Notes: generated by a model not told the origin, from the sequence alone. DNA of 64,000 nt, filler included, from Stramenopiles sp. TOSAG23-2 (GCA_900128395.1; 56 parts of 56 records of this genome joined end to end with filler, not necessarily neighbours in it), one strand, 5' to 3'. Numbered from the whole stretch's first letter, positions 51,773 to 63,090 are shown. Numbers and translations: made by a program.

Positions 51773-52218
51773 TTAACGCTTGGACTTTTTCTTTTTCTTG
51801 TTGCTCTTTTTCTTTTTCTTCTTTTTCTTCGCACCATCTCTCTTGTCATCTTCCTCGTCATCTTCATCACTAGATGAAAATGTGGTATGTGTCCCGATCT
51901 CACTCGAAGGACTTTTTCTTTTCCTTCCGCCATCTTGAGAAGAAGAAGAAGAAGAAGAAGAAGAAGAAGAAGAAGAAGAAGAAGAAGAAGAATTTCTTAC
52001 CTCTTTGGCTTTTCTCGTCCATTCTGCCTTTTCGCCGTCGGACAGTTCATTCCACTTCTTCGCATTTTGCCCTTTTACACGTCGTCTGTACAACGTGTAT
52101 CCATTCACCCCATTTTTAGGGCGTAGTGGCGCCAACAGACGTAGGATTTTTTGCAACAATGGCACAATTGTTGTTAACAATTGCGCCATTGCTTCGGAAT
52201 TTTCTTCCATTTGTTGGC

Positions 52219-52251
<33 letters not shown>

Positions 52252-52252
52252 T
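51773..52252 (-). CDS. Single HMG-box-like protein with poly-Ser (GAA repeat on + strand) and Lys-rich tail
   Basis: RPKNGVNGYTLYRR...AKKWNELSDGEKAEWTRKA. Confidence 0.75.
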
Positions 52253-53126
52253 AATTTCTTGTAATATTTTTATTAGTATTATCAATATTATTATGTATGT
52301 GTGTAAATATATATATATACCTTTGTTTCATGGAAAAAACAATAAAAAAGGTGGAAACTACAGTGTAATTTCCATCTCTATATTTTATTTTGTTTTTTTA
52401 TAAATATATATGTTTTTCTAGAGATAATACCGGACACTATTTTGCCTGCTATGCCCTGCTATTGTGATAAGAATTGTTGTCTATTTTTTTAAAAAAAAAC
52501 AAGTTGTTGCTCAGGTATTTATAAAATAAGTCTGTTAACAACAATGAACAAGCTTACAAGGCAATAATACCAGTAATCTTTTCTTGGGGAATCATTGGTT
52601 CTTATATTCCAGCACAANNNNNNNNNNNNNNNNNNNNNNNNNNNNNNNNNNNNNNNNNNNNTTAATTAATTAANNNNNNNNNNNNNNNNNNNNNNNNNNN
52701 NNNNNNNNNNNNNNNNNATTTTTAAGATTATTTGAAAATGGCAAACAACAATGAATAAGTGATTTGATCTAAATATATTGAATGTACGAACTAAAATATA
52801 CAGATCATATAGGTATATAGATATATACAAAGGGAAAAAAGGATATAGGTATATAGATATATACAAAGGGAAAAAAGGATACAACAAAACACACATATAT
52901 ATATATATATATATTATATTTTGAAAGAATGTATTATTAAAGGAATATCACATATAGCAAATAGAACAACGGGCTAAGAATATACACGTGTACATACATA
53001 TTGATAAGAAAAATACTGAAACGTATAAATAAATCAATAATAAAACAAAATGACTTTTTAAATATTTTGAAAGAAAGACAGTCGACTGTATATATATAAA
53101 ATAGTACCTAATCAACGTTTTTTACC

Positions 53127-53756
53127 ATGTCTGAGCAAGATAAAATAGAGGAGCTTGAAAAAAAGTTGAAAGAGCAACAAAAACTGATTAAAAAGCAAAA
53201 AGATTAAACAGCAAAAAGAGATTATCGACCAACGTAATGAGGTGTACGAGGAACATGATGAACATTACGACGAGCATGAACATTATGATGAACATTATGA
53301 TGAACATTATGATGAACATTATGATGAACATTATGATGAACATTATGACGAGCACGAGCATTATGACGAGCTTCACGACGGTTATAGTGGTGAAAAGGAT
53401 GAGGATGGACATTATTATGAACATCATGATGAATTCGATGATTACCAACAACATCATGTTAAGCATGATGAACACGATGATCATGGCCACCATGAAGAAG
53501 ATAACATTGATGATAGAGATAAATCCCAGCACGAATCGAAATTAGATAATGTACTTTCCGATCATATGGGAGAAATAGACTCAAGTGGCAGTTCAGAAGA
53601 GGAAGATAAGAAAGTAAAAGAAAAGATAGACGAAGACAATGCAGATAAATCCCAGCACGAATCGGAATTAGAAAATCTATTTTCCGATCATATGGGAGAA
53701 GTAGACTCAAGTGACAATTCAGAAGAGGAAGATAAGAAAGTAAAAGAAAAGATAGA
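53127..53756 (+). CDS. His/Tyr/acidic repeat protein ((HYDE)n plus 42-aa repeats), frameshifted near 53190-53210
   Basis: 12-bp cattatgatgaa tandem units; 126-bp repeat DKSQHES.L.N..SDHMGE.DSS..SEEEDKKVKEKI in 2 copies; upstream MSEQDKIEELEKK is out of frame by a 16-bp duplication. Confidence 0.65.
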
Positions 53757-53856
53757 NNNNNNNNNNNNNNNNNNNNNNNNNNNNNNNNNNNNNNNNNNNN
53801 TTAATTAATTAANNNNNNNNNNNNNNNNNNNNNNNNNNNNNNNNNNNNNNNNNNNN

Positions 53857-54895
53857 GGCATACGATTTCGATATTCCATATAACGATATCATACCAAACT
53901 GGTTTGATTGATAATTAGCATTGGCACAGTGTTCAATAGGCATTTCGGCAGCTTTGTCAAGTTTTTTGCATAAATACAGACGGTGCTTATGGACGTTTCC
54001 CGTGTTAAGATCAGCATCGTGCCGCATCGTTCCTTGTGATTTTTCGACTTTTTCAAATGATTCAGGTACTTTTGCAGATGAAACGCCACCGACGCGTAAG
54101 ATAGCAATGTCCATTAATCCCTTAGTTTTATCATTAACTTCTGTTGCACGACGAGTACACAAGTACAATTCTGGCACGTCCATCCCCTGATTTAAATTAC
54201 AATCTTCATTTGTACTACCATCAGAACGGACAACTTCATATCCATAGTTAACGGGCATTTCGAAACCCCATACAACACCTATATCAATAAGTGGTAACTT
54301 ATTAGGATCACGCTTTACACAAATGTAAGTATGTTTTATGGCTACGCAATCACGATTTAAATTTGCAGCTGACGACAAATCGTTGCAACACTTGTCGACT
54401 ATCGTAAATCCACTAGGGACGCTGTCAATCGAAGTTGCAACAGTTACATCAGTAATGAATGATTTTACAACCAGGGGTTGATCAGATCGTGCCGCGGATA
54501 CATTTAGGCTTTCTGGAAATAGAACAGAATTATTATTATTGTTGTTATTATTGACCACACCAAGAATACTATTACTATCTGATGGTAAATAAAGTGTACC
54601 ACTTACTTCAATATTGTTAAAATTATCTTGTGTTGTTAAAATGATGAATTGACTGGCTTTAAAGTTTCCCCCTTTAATATGACACATGGCAGTGTAGGTT
54701 CCAGTATTAGCAGTAACTTGCACTAAAATTCCACTTAATTCCCCACCACCATACCCAGAATATGTTCCTTTAATTCTAATTGCATTTTCCACTCGATTGT
54801 GGATTTTAAACGGCACTTTTTTCCTTGCTCTATCACGCTGTGTTCGTGGCTTAGTGTTTGTGGATAACCAATTTCCGTTTAAGCGCTGTGGCCAC
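53857..54895 (-). CDS. MABP (MVB12-associated beta-prism) domain protein, internal fragment
   Basis: Three units: ITDVTV...VPSGF...ANLN...YICVKR; LIDIGV...GYEVV...NLNQG...LYLCTRR; LMDIAI...VPESFEKV...ADLNTG...LYLCKK. Confidence 0.8.
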
Positions 54896-54995
54896 NNNNN
54901 NNNNNNNNNNNNNNNNNNNNNNNNNNNNNNNNNNNNNNNTTAATTAATTAANNNNNNNNNNNNNNNNNNNNNNNNNNNNNNNNNNNNNNNNNNNN

Positions 54996-55972
54996 TATTT
55001 ATCTTTTGTAATTTTCTCAAATGCTTTAAATAAACGTTCCGATTCCCATTCATCTTTACTATCTACTGGATAATTAGATGCAAATGCACAGCGTTTAAAA
55101 CCAAATAATGAAATAATTTCATACACGGCATTTACAACTAATTCATTTTCATCCCAGTTAGGATCGATATAACACAACATACTTATTTTTATTGAAACAT
55201 TATCGAGTGCTGCAAATTGTTTCATTCCATTCCAAAACGTTTCTTTCTTTATCTCATCTTTCAAATCATCCAATGTTGGTGTCCCTAGATGATTAATTAT
55301 AACTTGAGTCTTTGGGTATGTTTTTATAAGCTTTATAGCTTGATCGTATTGATGTGGGTTCAATTGCATATCAAATGATAAATTATGTAAACCTAATAAC
55401 TCAAATCCTTTTTCGAAATTACCATTATCAAATAAATTACCCAACATTTCATTTCGAGGCCAACTTGGTTCATAATTAACTATTTGTCTAATCCCACGGA
55501 CTAGATACGTATTCTTCAATTCTGTTAAATATTCAATAATATTTGGATCCTCCAATGATGCACTTGGTATAAATAAATACTTTTTTTTGGAATCACCAAT
55601 TAATGTTTTTTTCGCCCAAGTTAATTCTTTCCGATATAAATCTACTAATTCTGCCCCAGCAGCAGTATTAGGGAAACAAACCGACATCGCTTCCAGAAAT
55701 ATGCCACCCTCGTGTATAACATCATATTTTTCTTCTGCTGCTTTAAATTCTTCTTCATATTCTTTACTACCGTAGATTGGATTGTCCTTTGGTTTGAATA
55801 GCACTATTGCATCGTGACCGGATTTTGATACATCTTTATCAGACGCATCCCAAACATGAAAATGTGGATCAAAGAAAGATAATTTCTTGTTGTTTGTAAA
55901 TTCCATATCGATATTATCTAATGTTGCTGGTGGTAACGGGTGAAATTTATGGAATATATATGATTTTAGCAT
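54996..55972 (-). CDS. Amidohydrolase_2 family (sugar-lactonase-like) enzyme
   Basis: FFDPHFHVWD, VRGIRQIVN, LSFDMQ, IINHLGTP, NVSIKISM, FGFKRCAFASNYPVD. Confidence 0.88.
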
Positions 55973-56134
55973 AACCTGAGGGGTATTATTGTTTCTACAA
56001 TTTGATATGTATTGTAAATATTGTCAATCTTCTANNNNNNNNNNNNNNNNNNNNNNNNNNNNNNNNNNNNNNNNNNNNTTAATTAATTAANNNNNNNNNN
56101 NNNNNNNNNNNNNNNNNNNNNNNNNNNNNNNNNN

Positions 56135-57114
56135 CCATCATTACGTAGTACTATTACTACTAATAATAACAATAATTTATTGCAACAACAAACAATACCA
56201 TCAACAATTTCCTCGTCCTCGCAACAACAACAACAACAACAACGTTTAAAAGGTTTATCCATTAACAATATAGCATCTTCATCCTCTGCAACATCTTCCA
56301 CGTTACAAAATGACATGACACAAGGTATTATCGGTGCAAATACTATGATAGCAAATGGTGCTGTATCGCAATTATTTCATAGTGCTAATTTACCAGATGT
56401 AGTTAAAACAACGTTTAAAGCATTACATGATGTGATCGTTGCACAAGGTGAAACCATACAACGTTTAGAACGTACTGTATCAGATAAAGCCGATTGGGCA
56501 GAAGTCGAAGCATCATTAGCAGCACGTGCTACCGTATCCGACGTGAACCGTAGTTTAGGTGAATTAACACAAATTGTTGATCGTAAAGCAGAATTAAATG
56601 AAATGAAAAATCAAATGTCAGAACGTCCAATGCGTAAAGAATTAGATGATACCATTTCTAATTTATATGAACTTTTGCGTAAAGGGGAACAAGAACGCAA
56701 TGAAATGCAAAATAAAATTAATATGTTGGAAGAGGAAAACCAAACAAAAGCGGAAGTCAATGAATTGGATAAATTTGCATCCAAAATTGATTTAGGTGCT
56801 AGTAAAGCAAAGGTGGATGATTTTGATGTGAAATTAAAACAAATGATGACAAAACATGAAATACAACATTTATTAAATGAAAAATATATACAAAAACAAG
56901 ATATATTATCATTATTAAACAATACATATTGTAAAACGGAACAAGTACATCTTGCTTTACAAAGTAAATGTGATGTACAAAATGTCATTGATGCATTAGA
57001 TACAAAATGTGATCGTAAAAATATGGAAGTACAATGGAAAGAATTATCAGATGCAATGTTAGAATTAGAAGATAAAATTATTAAATTGGAAACAAATGAA
57101 GAACGTAATGCAAC

Positions 57115-57146
<32 letters not shown>

Positions 57147-57173
57147 GTAATAATAACGGAGGATTACAAACAC
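56135..57173 (+). CDS. Coiled-coil repeat protein, fragment
   Basis: Long open frame with KAD/KAE/KCD periodic units. Confidence 0.7.
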
Positions 57174-57273
57174 NNNNNNNNNNNNNNNNNNNNNNNNNNN
57201 NNNNNNNNNNNNNNNNNTTAATTAATTAANNNNNNNNNNNNNNNNNNNNNNNNNNNNNNNNNNNNNNNNNNNN

Positions 57274-58038
57274 ACATAATATATATTTCGTCATTGTTCC
57301 ATCATTTGAGGAAACTTTTTTTGCCATTCTTAATTCAACTTTTTGGGCCATAACTTTTACCTCCGCATCTTTCTTTTTCTTCTCTACGGTCTCTTCTGTT
57401 TCTTTAATTGCTTCTATTAAAGCAGTTTGATGCAGATGATTTGCAAATTGTTTCAATTCGGTTAAACTTACTGAGCCATCATTGTCAGTATCTATTTCCA
57501 TTAATGCTTTAGCATATCTTCTTGGTTTTAATAAAACTGTCAATGCGGGATCAGAATGTAACAACGCCTGTACAGTGGTATTTCGCATGACTGCTTTAAT
57601 AAATATTTTCTTTGCAATATCGGACATATCCTCTTCTGATTGGTTGATTTCTTTGAAGACTAATTCCAATGAATTCGTCTGTTTATAATCATTTTCATGC
57701 AATTTATTAATAAATGTTACTAATTCATTTAAACTGATTGAACCGTCTTTATCAGTATCCATTTCTATCAATGCATGTTTGTAAGTACGTGGTTTTAACA
57801 ACACTTTCAAGTCTTCTTCTTTGTGTAATTCCTCTTGAATGGAGGAATTCATCATGATTTCACGTATAATAACTTTTTTTTCTACTACTGGTTTGTTTTT
57901 ACTTATCATATCAATTTGCGCACCTTTTTTCCTAGACATAATCAAACGTAATTTTTTCTCATGTATTTTACGTATTCTTTCCGCTTCAATCGTTTCTAAT
58001 ATTTTATTTGCATGTATTGGCCTACGTGATTTCACCAT
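57274..58038 (-). CDS. EF-hand repeat protein, with a CFAP97-like N-terminus possibly from another gene
   Basis: Two copies of LLKPR.Y..AL.E(M/I)DTD.DGS(I/V)SL.EL..F; N-terminal 44 aa read ANKIL...IHEKKL...ID. Confidence 0.7.
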
Positions 58039-59165
58039 CGTGAATATCTTATTTATATGTATGTATATATATATCGGTAATGTTTGTTACAATGTTTGTT
58101 GTTGCGATATTATAACAATCTCTCTAGTAATGACATGTCTATCTATATCTATATAATTACATATATATGTGACATTAATTAAAATAATAATTTGTGATGA
58201 TAAAATGATGGTATATTAATACTGTGTGTATCTGATGTGGTTTCACATCAATGATATTGATGTGTACCAGTGTACCATATAACACAGAACATCATTGAAA
58301 TCATGGTATTCCNNNNNNNNNNNNNNNNNNNNNNNNNNNNNNNNNNNNNNNNNNNNTTAATTAATTAANNNNNNNNNNNNNNNNNNNNNNNNNNNNNNNN
58401 NNNNNNNNNNNNGTCTATACAGTACTGATATTGAAGGTTTCACTGTTGAAAAATTAATTGAAATCGATGGCTTTATTCCATATGGTTACGTTGGTGCTAT
58501 GGCATGTAAAGGAGGCTTCTAAATTTGTGAATTATTAAAAATATAGATGATACGTAATTGGAAGGATTTGTCATATTGATTATACAAACATCATCACAGA
58601 AGGTGGTATTTGGAAGAGAAGAAGATACCCGCAACAAAAACACTATAAAAATATTTTAACACCACTAGGATCAACACAGAGGTAAATAAATTGTTGTTTT
58701 TTATAATATTATTTAACACATATATTATTATATATTTTATATCGTTTTATAAGTCAAGCCAGGCAAGATTACCACCTCAGTTTTCTATTTTGACCTGATG
58801 AACTTCTTCGCACCTTGGCACTATTGAAACTACATGTAATTTAAGAAAAAAAAATGAAATTCGTGTATTCCTATATATTATTCGATATTCTATCAAGTAT
58901 AAATGGTTTTTAAAATTTAAAAAAAATAATTGAATGGATGATTTAAAAACACGAATTTAAAAAACATATAGAATCATTTGAAAGAAAGTAGAGAAGTGAT
59001 TTTACATTCCTTCTCCCATTTTATAAAAATATAATTTATTATTTTCATTGCATGTATCATTGTAAAATATTATTTAATTAATACTAATATTATTTTAAAT
59101 TATAAAATTACAAGGTACAAGGTAGGTATATATATATATATAAATAAATATCCATTTGATCGATC

Positions 59166-59450
59166 ATGGCAAATGAACAAAGGACGAAATTCAATTTTAT
59201 TAAAAGTTTATTAAACTTAAAAATAGAAGATATAGTAAATACACCAAATAAAACGGTAAAGGTTGGATCGCAAAGTAAAACAATTAGTGAATGGTGTATA
59301 GAGACAAGATTGACGTTATCAAATGATGTTGAAAATATACGCAAACAGCTGAGTAATATAAATTTACCAAATGAATTGTTAAAATGTTTACCGCAATTCA
59401 ACGAGTTATCACGACGTGTGAAACAAGATACTAGTATTAATAATGCTTTT
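59166..59450 (+). CDS. Hypothetical protein N-terminus (partial)
   Basis: ATG-initiated frame open to contig end. Confidence 0.5.
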
Positions 59451-59550
59451 NNNNNNNNNNNNNNNNNNNNNNNNNNNNNNNNNNNNNNNNNNNNTTAATT
59501 AATTAANNNNNNNNNNNNNNNNNNNNNNNNNNNNNNNNNNNNNNNNNNNN

Positions 59551-60363
59551 ACCAGTTTCATCCCATCGGGAATCCAAACCAGTTTCAGCATTGTCAAACA
59601 TATGCCCAACAGCTTCCAATGCATGGTTGGTTACCGCTTGCATTTGCTTAACCGCCATATTGGTGGTCTTCGTCAATGCTACCTTTGCCACCAGTGTGGT
59701 CTTATTTACCTCCATGCACCCCACGCACGGTGCTTTTTTTGGTGCTACCACCTTTTTCACAGCTGGCTTTGCAGGCAACGACGTATCCACCTTTGCAACC
59801 GAAACATTCACCATTTCCCCCATGTCCCTTTTGTGGTAGTGTTTCACCACTTCAACACCAGACTTTGGTCCGCCTTCATCTGGATGAAGTACAGAAATTT
59901 CCGACCTTCCATCCAAGTCCAACACCTTCGGTTTTTCCTCCTTGACGGTTTTATTCAATGCTTGCGTTGCATTTACTACCGCCATACGTTGTTCCATCAA
60001 CAACTTCTTACTAATACCGCCCGTCGCAGCCATTAGTTTCCTGAGACCATCTTCTGCTTCCACCTTTTTATTCTCGGCTTCGGCTATGTCGGTTAAGTTT
60101 TGCTGTTGCGCAGCAATTTTTTTCAACAGTTTCTTCTTGACTGGATTGCTCTCGTTCCTAGCCGCATCCTTCAAAAGACGAAGTTTATCTTCGTCCTTTG
60201 CTGCCTTCCTTTTTGCTTTCGTCACGTTGACTTCAGCTTCTTCTTCGGCAACCGTTCTGTTAAGAGCTTCCTTCTCTTGCTCCAACTTCTCCCGAGCTTC
60301 CGACGGAAGGTCTTTATCCAAGACCTTTTCAAGTTCCTCCAACTTTTTCTTTCCATTGGTCAC
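59551..60363 (-). CDS. Coiled-coil Ala/Lys/Glu-rich protein fragment (higher-GC contig)
   Basis: Long open frame; visibly more G/C-ending codons than neighbouring contigs. Confidence 0.65.
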
Positions 60364-60688
60364 ACATCCCTTCCATTACATTCCATCACCAATAACCATC
60401 CTTTTCCATCACCAATCCATTCCCCATCTTTATCCCTTACCATCCTCTCCAACCAACACCTTCAAACAACACCTTTCAAAAACAATATCATAAAAACAAT
60501 ATTGTATTTATCACATACCCAACAGCAACATTTCCAACAACAACAACAACAACAACAAAAAAATAAAAACATCCCAACATCCACTATCNNNNNNNNNNNN
60601 NNNNNNNNNNNNNNNNNNNNNNNNNNNNNNNNTTAATTAATTAANNNNNNNNNNNNNNNNNNNNNNNNNNNNNNNNNNNNNNNNNNNN

Positions 60689-60972
60689 TGCTTTTTGCTT
60701 CTTGGTTTTGTTGTTGTTTTTGTTGGGCTACTATTAATATTGGTGCGGTGGTGGGTTGTTGCGTTTGCGTAGTTGCAGTTGGTCTTGCGATATACTTTAT
60801 TGGGAAAGCAAATGGCAATAATGGCGCCCAAGTTAGCCAAAGGGCAGTAGAGTTGAAAGCCTCCCCAGTCCCTCAGGCTGCAATTCATGCCAATCCGATT
60901 CATGCCAATCCGGTTCATCCCAATAAAATGGAACAAAACCCAACTCAGCAACAAGGTGCGGCTTACATATAA
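60689..60972 (+). CDS. C-terminus of a single-pass membrane protein with (HANP) repeats
   Basis: TM VVGCCVCVVAVGLAIYFI, then IHANPIHANPVHPN, stop at 60972. Confidence 0.6.
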
Positions 60973-62038
60973 AAAAAATTACTACAAGATATGAAAGCAT
61001 TTTAATCGCTCGAAAGCTCAACAGTCACATTCATTATACAAACTCATATAATATTATATTTCGTGTGCATCATATGATACGAATATAATATATTATAAAT
61101 ACATATATACGGACTGTTCATGCCAAACCAGTTATGGCAGTTCAACGAAACCCAAAGGAAGAGTCAGCAACAAGGCACGGGTTACATATAAAAATTAAAT
61201 CATTACGAGAGATAAAGAGCATTTAATCACTCGACAGTCACATTCAGTGTTAATATAAAATATTTACAGTGTTAATATATCAAAAAATAAATGAAGTGTA
61301 AATTTATTCATTAATAATTTTTACTCTTGAAAAGAATACACAATAACTGAGGCAATAAATATCTGATCATTCGTACATATCCTCACATTACCATTATTTT
61401 AACACGAATATATATTTTTAATTTTTAATTTACTCACATGCTGATGGCATGCTGGCATGATAGTTCCTTATATTAATACTTTCCGTATCCGGTGCTTTGA
61501 AAGTATTCTTGTAAAAAAAGGGGGGGGCGCTGTCTGTGCTCTGGCTATAACCTATGATAGCTATTATATAGCCCGGGTAGCGAGCAAGAGTTAGCTAGCT
61601 CAGCTAGCGCTAGCTATATAATAATAACCAGCTAACCAGCTAACCAGCTATTAATATTAATAACCACCACTCCAATATTAATAGTAGCCCAACAAAAACA
61701 ACAACAAAACCAAGAAGCAAAAAGCANNNNNNNNNNNNNNNNNNNNNNNNNNNNNNNNNNNNNNNNNNNNTTAATTAATTAANNNNNNNNNNNNNNNNNN
61801 NNNNNNNNNNNNNNNNNNNNNNNNNNAAAGCATCATAAATAACAAAACATACGTTTTATTATTATTACAACCGTTGATTGTCACAGATTTGCATTTTTGT
61901 CACAAATAAAGCGTTAAAGTTTAGAAACATAACAGCAAATAATAATAATTCTAATAATAAGAATAATAGTAGTACAATTATTAAAATCACACAATAATAT
62001 CAACGATATACAAATACAATAAATAAAAGCAGAACAAG

Positions 62039-62476
62039 ATGTCAAATTTAGAAACAAACCCATTGCAATTTTGTAATGCTTGCGGCTTTATGTTAAAGCC
62101 ACGCGGGGTATATAAAAAAGCAAGCAACAATGAAGAATATGGTAGTAACAATAGTGGTTTAGTGAACTATTGTAATAAATGTAATAAAGTTGCAGATGAT
62201 GAACAAAAACAAGTGAATAGCCCAGTTGTATATAATAACGTTATATTAAAAGATTCCAGCGCATCGTTAGCCGTTTTTAGTAATGACTTAATTAACGATC
62301 CGACGTTGATGTCAACAAAAGGTGGTGGAAAACCATGCAGTAAATGCGGTGCACAAGATGCCGTTTTTTTTATGTCACATTCACAGAAAAAAGGACAAGA
62401 AATGTCGTTAGTATTCATTTGTAAAAATTGTCAACACAAATGGTTAGGTGGAGTAACAAGTGAATTCGTTTGTTGA
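62039..62476 (+). CDS. RPB9: RNA polymerase II subunit RPB9
   Basis: FCNACGFMLKP, CNKC, DLINDPTL, CSKCGAQDAVFF, MSLVFICKNCQHKW; lacks the QxRSADE motif of RPC11/RPA12. Confidence 0.9.
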   Translation: MSNLETNPLQFCNACGFMLKPRGVYKKASNNEEYGSNNSGLVNYCNKCNKVADDEQKQVNSPVVYNNVILKDSSASLAVFSNDLINDPTLMSTKGGGKPCSKCGAQDAVFFMSHSQKKGQEMSLVFICKNCQHKWLGGVTSEFVC

Positions 62477-63090
62477 TAGTAGATGTGTGATACCATCAAA
62501 AATCAGCAATTGATTAGGAAGTTGATGATGTAGACCTACCTATTCACCACTTGTGTTGGCTGATCTTGAAATGCCTCAAATACAATATTTATATATATAT
62601 ATATCAAAAAAATGCAGTGTATAGGATGGTCATATGATACGACGTATTTTTTAATAATATCATAAAAATAAAAAACGGGTCGATGCCCACTCCGCTTCGT
62701 TTGGTAAAGGTTGGCCTAGAAGTAATTAATAAATCCTACGAACTACAATAAAGCTCTAAATGCACAACAGTGATTCTGCATCACCGTTGTGCATTGATGC
62801 TATCGGCGCGAAAGATCCGTTTTATCTACTCTGACCAGTATTGATGTATTGATGTTAATCTAATNNNNNNNNNNNNNNNNNNNNNNNNNNNNNNNNNNNN
62901 NNNNNNNNTTAATTAATTAANNNNNNNNNNNNNNNNNNNNNNNNNNNNNNNNNNNNNNNNNNNNTAATGGTGTATATTTTTATTTTTTACGAATATATTT
63001 TAAAGAACCGTGTATTTATACTCCATCATAAATACTTCGTAATTAATACACACGCGTGAAAACATATTCGTTTCGTATTTTTTCTAAATT

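Noticed and set aside
51874..52126. Poly-Lys and poly-Arg ORFs on the + strand
   Set aside because: Antisense readings of the (GAA)n tract that encodes poly-Ser in the minus-strand HMG-box gene.
52806..52882. Short direct repeat (~36 bp, 2 copies) of CRISPR-like size
   Set aside because: Copies are adjacent with no spacer, the context is eukaryotic and no cas genes are present.
3000..53220. Alternative genetic code or systematic programmed frameshifting
   Set aside because: Conserved genes (CCT5, PDE, RPB9) translate cleanly in the standard code, and the few frame breaks share no common motif.
53188..53545. ORFs of (MNIM)n and (IMFI)n repeats
   Set aside because: Alternative-frame and antisense shadows of the 12-bp HYDE repeat.
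59591..60636. Several overlapping + strand ORFs
   Set aside because: Antisense shadows of the GC-richer minus-strand gene and of a G-poor low-complexity tract.
62502..62565. Possible box C/D snoRNA (TGATGA...CTGA) after RPB9
   Set aside because: Boxes are only ~35 nt apart, no recognisable rRNA antisense guide, and such words are frequent by chance.
1053..62964. Regularly spaced TTAATTAATTAA with ~1.05-kb 'spacers', resembling an array or nanochromosome ends
   Set aside because: Always embedded in N44 runs and spacing falls monotonically: an artificial scaffolding linker between length-sorted contigs.
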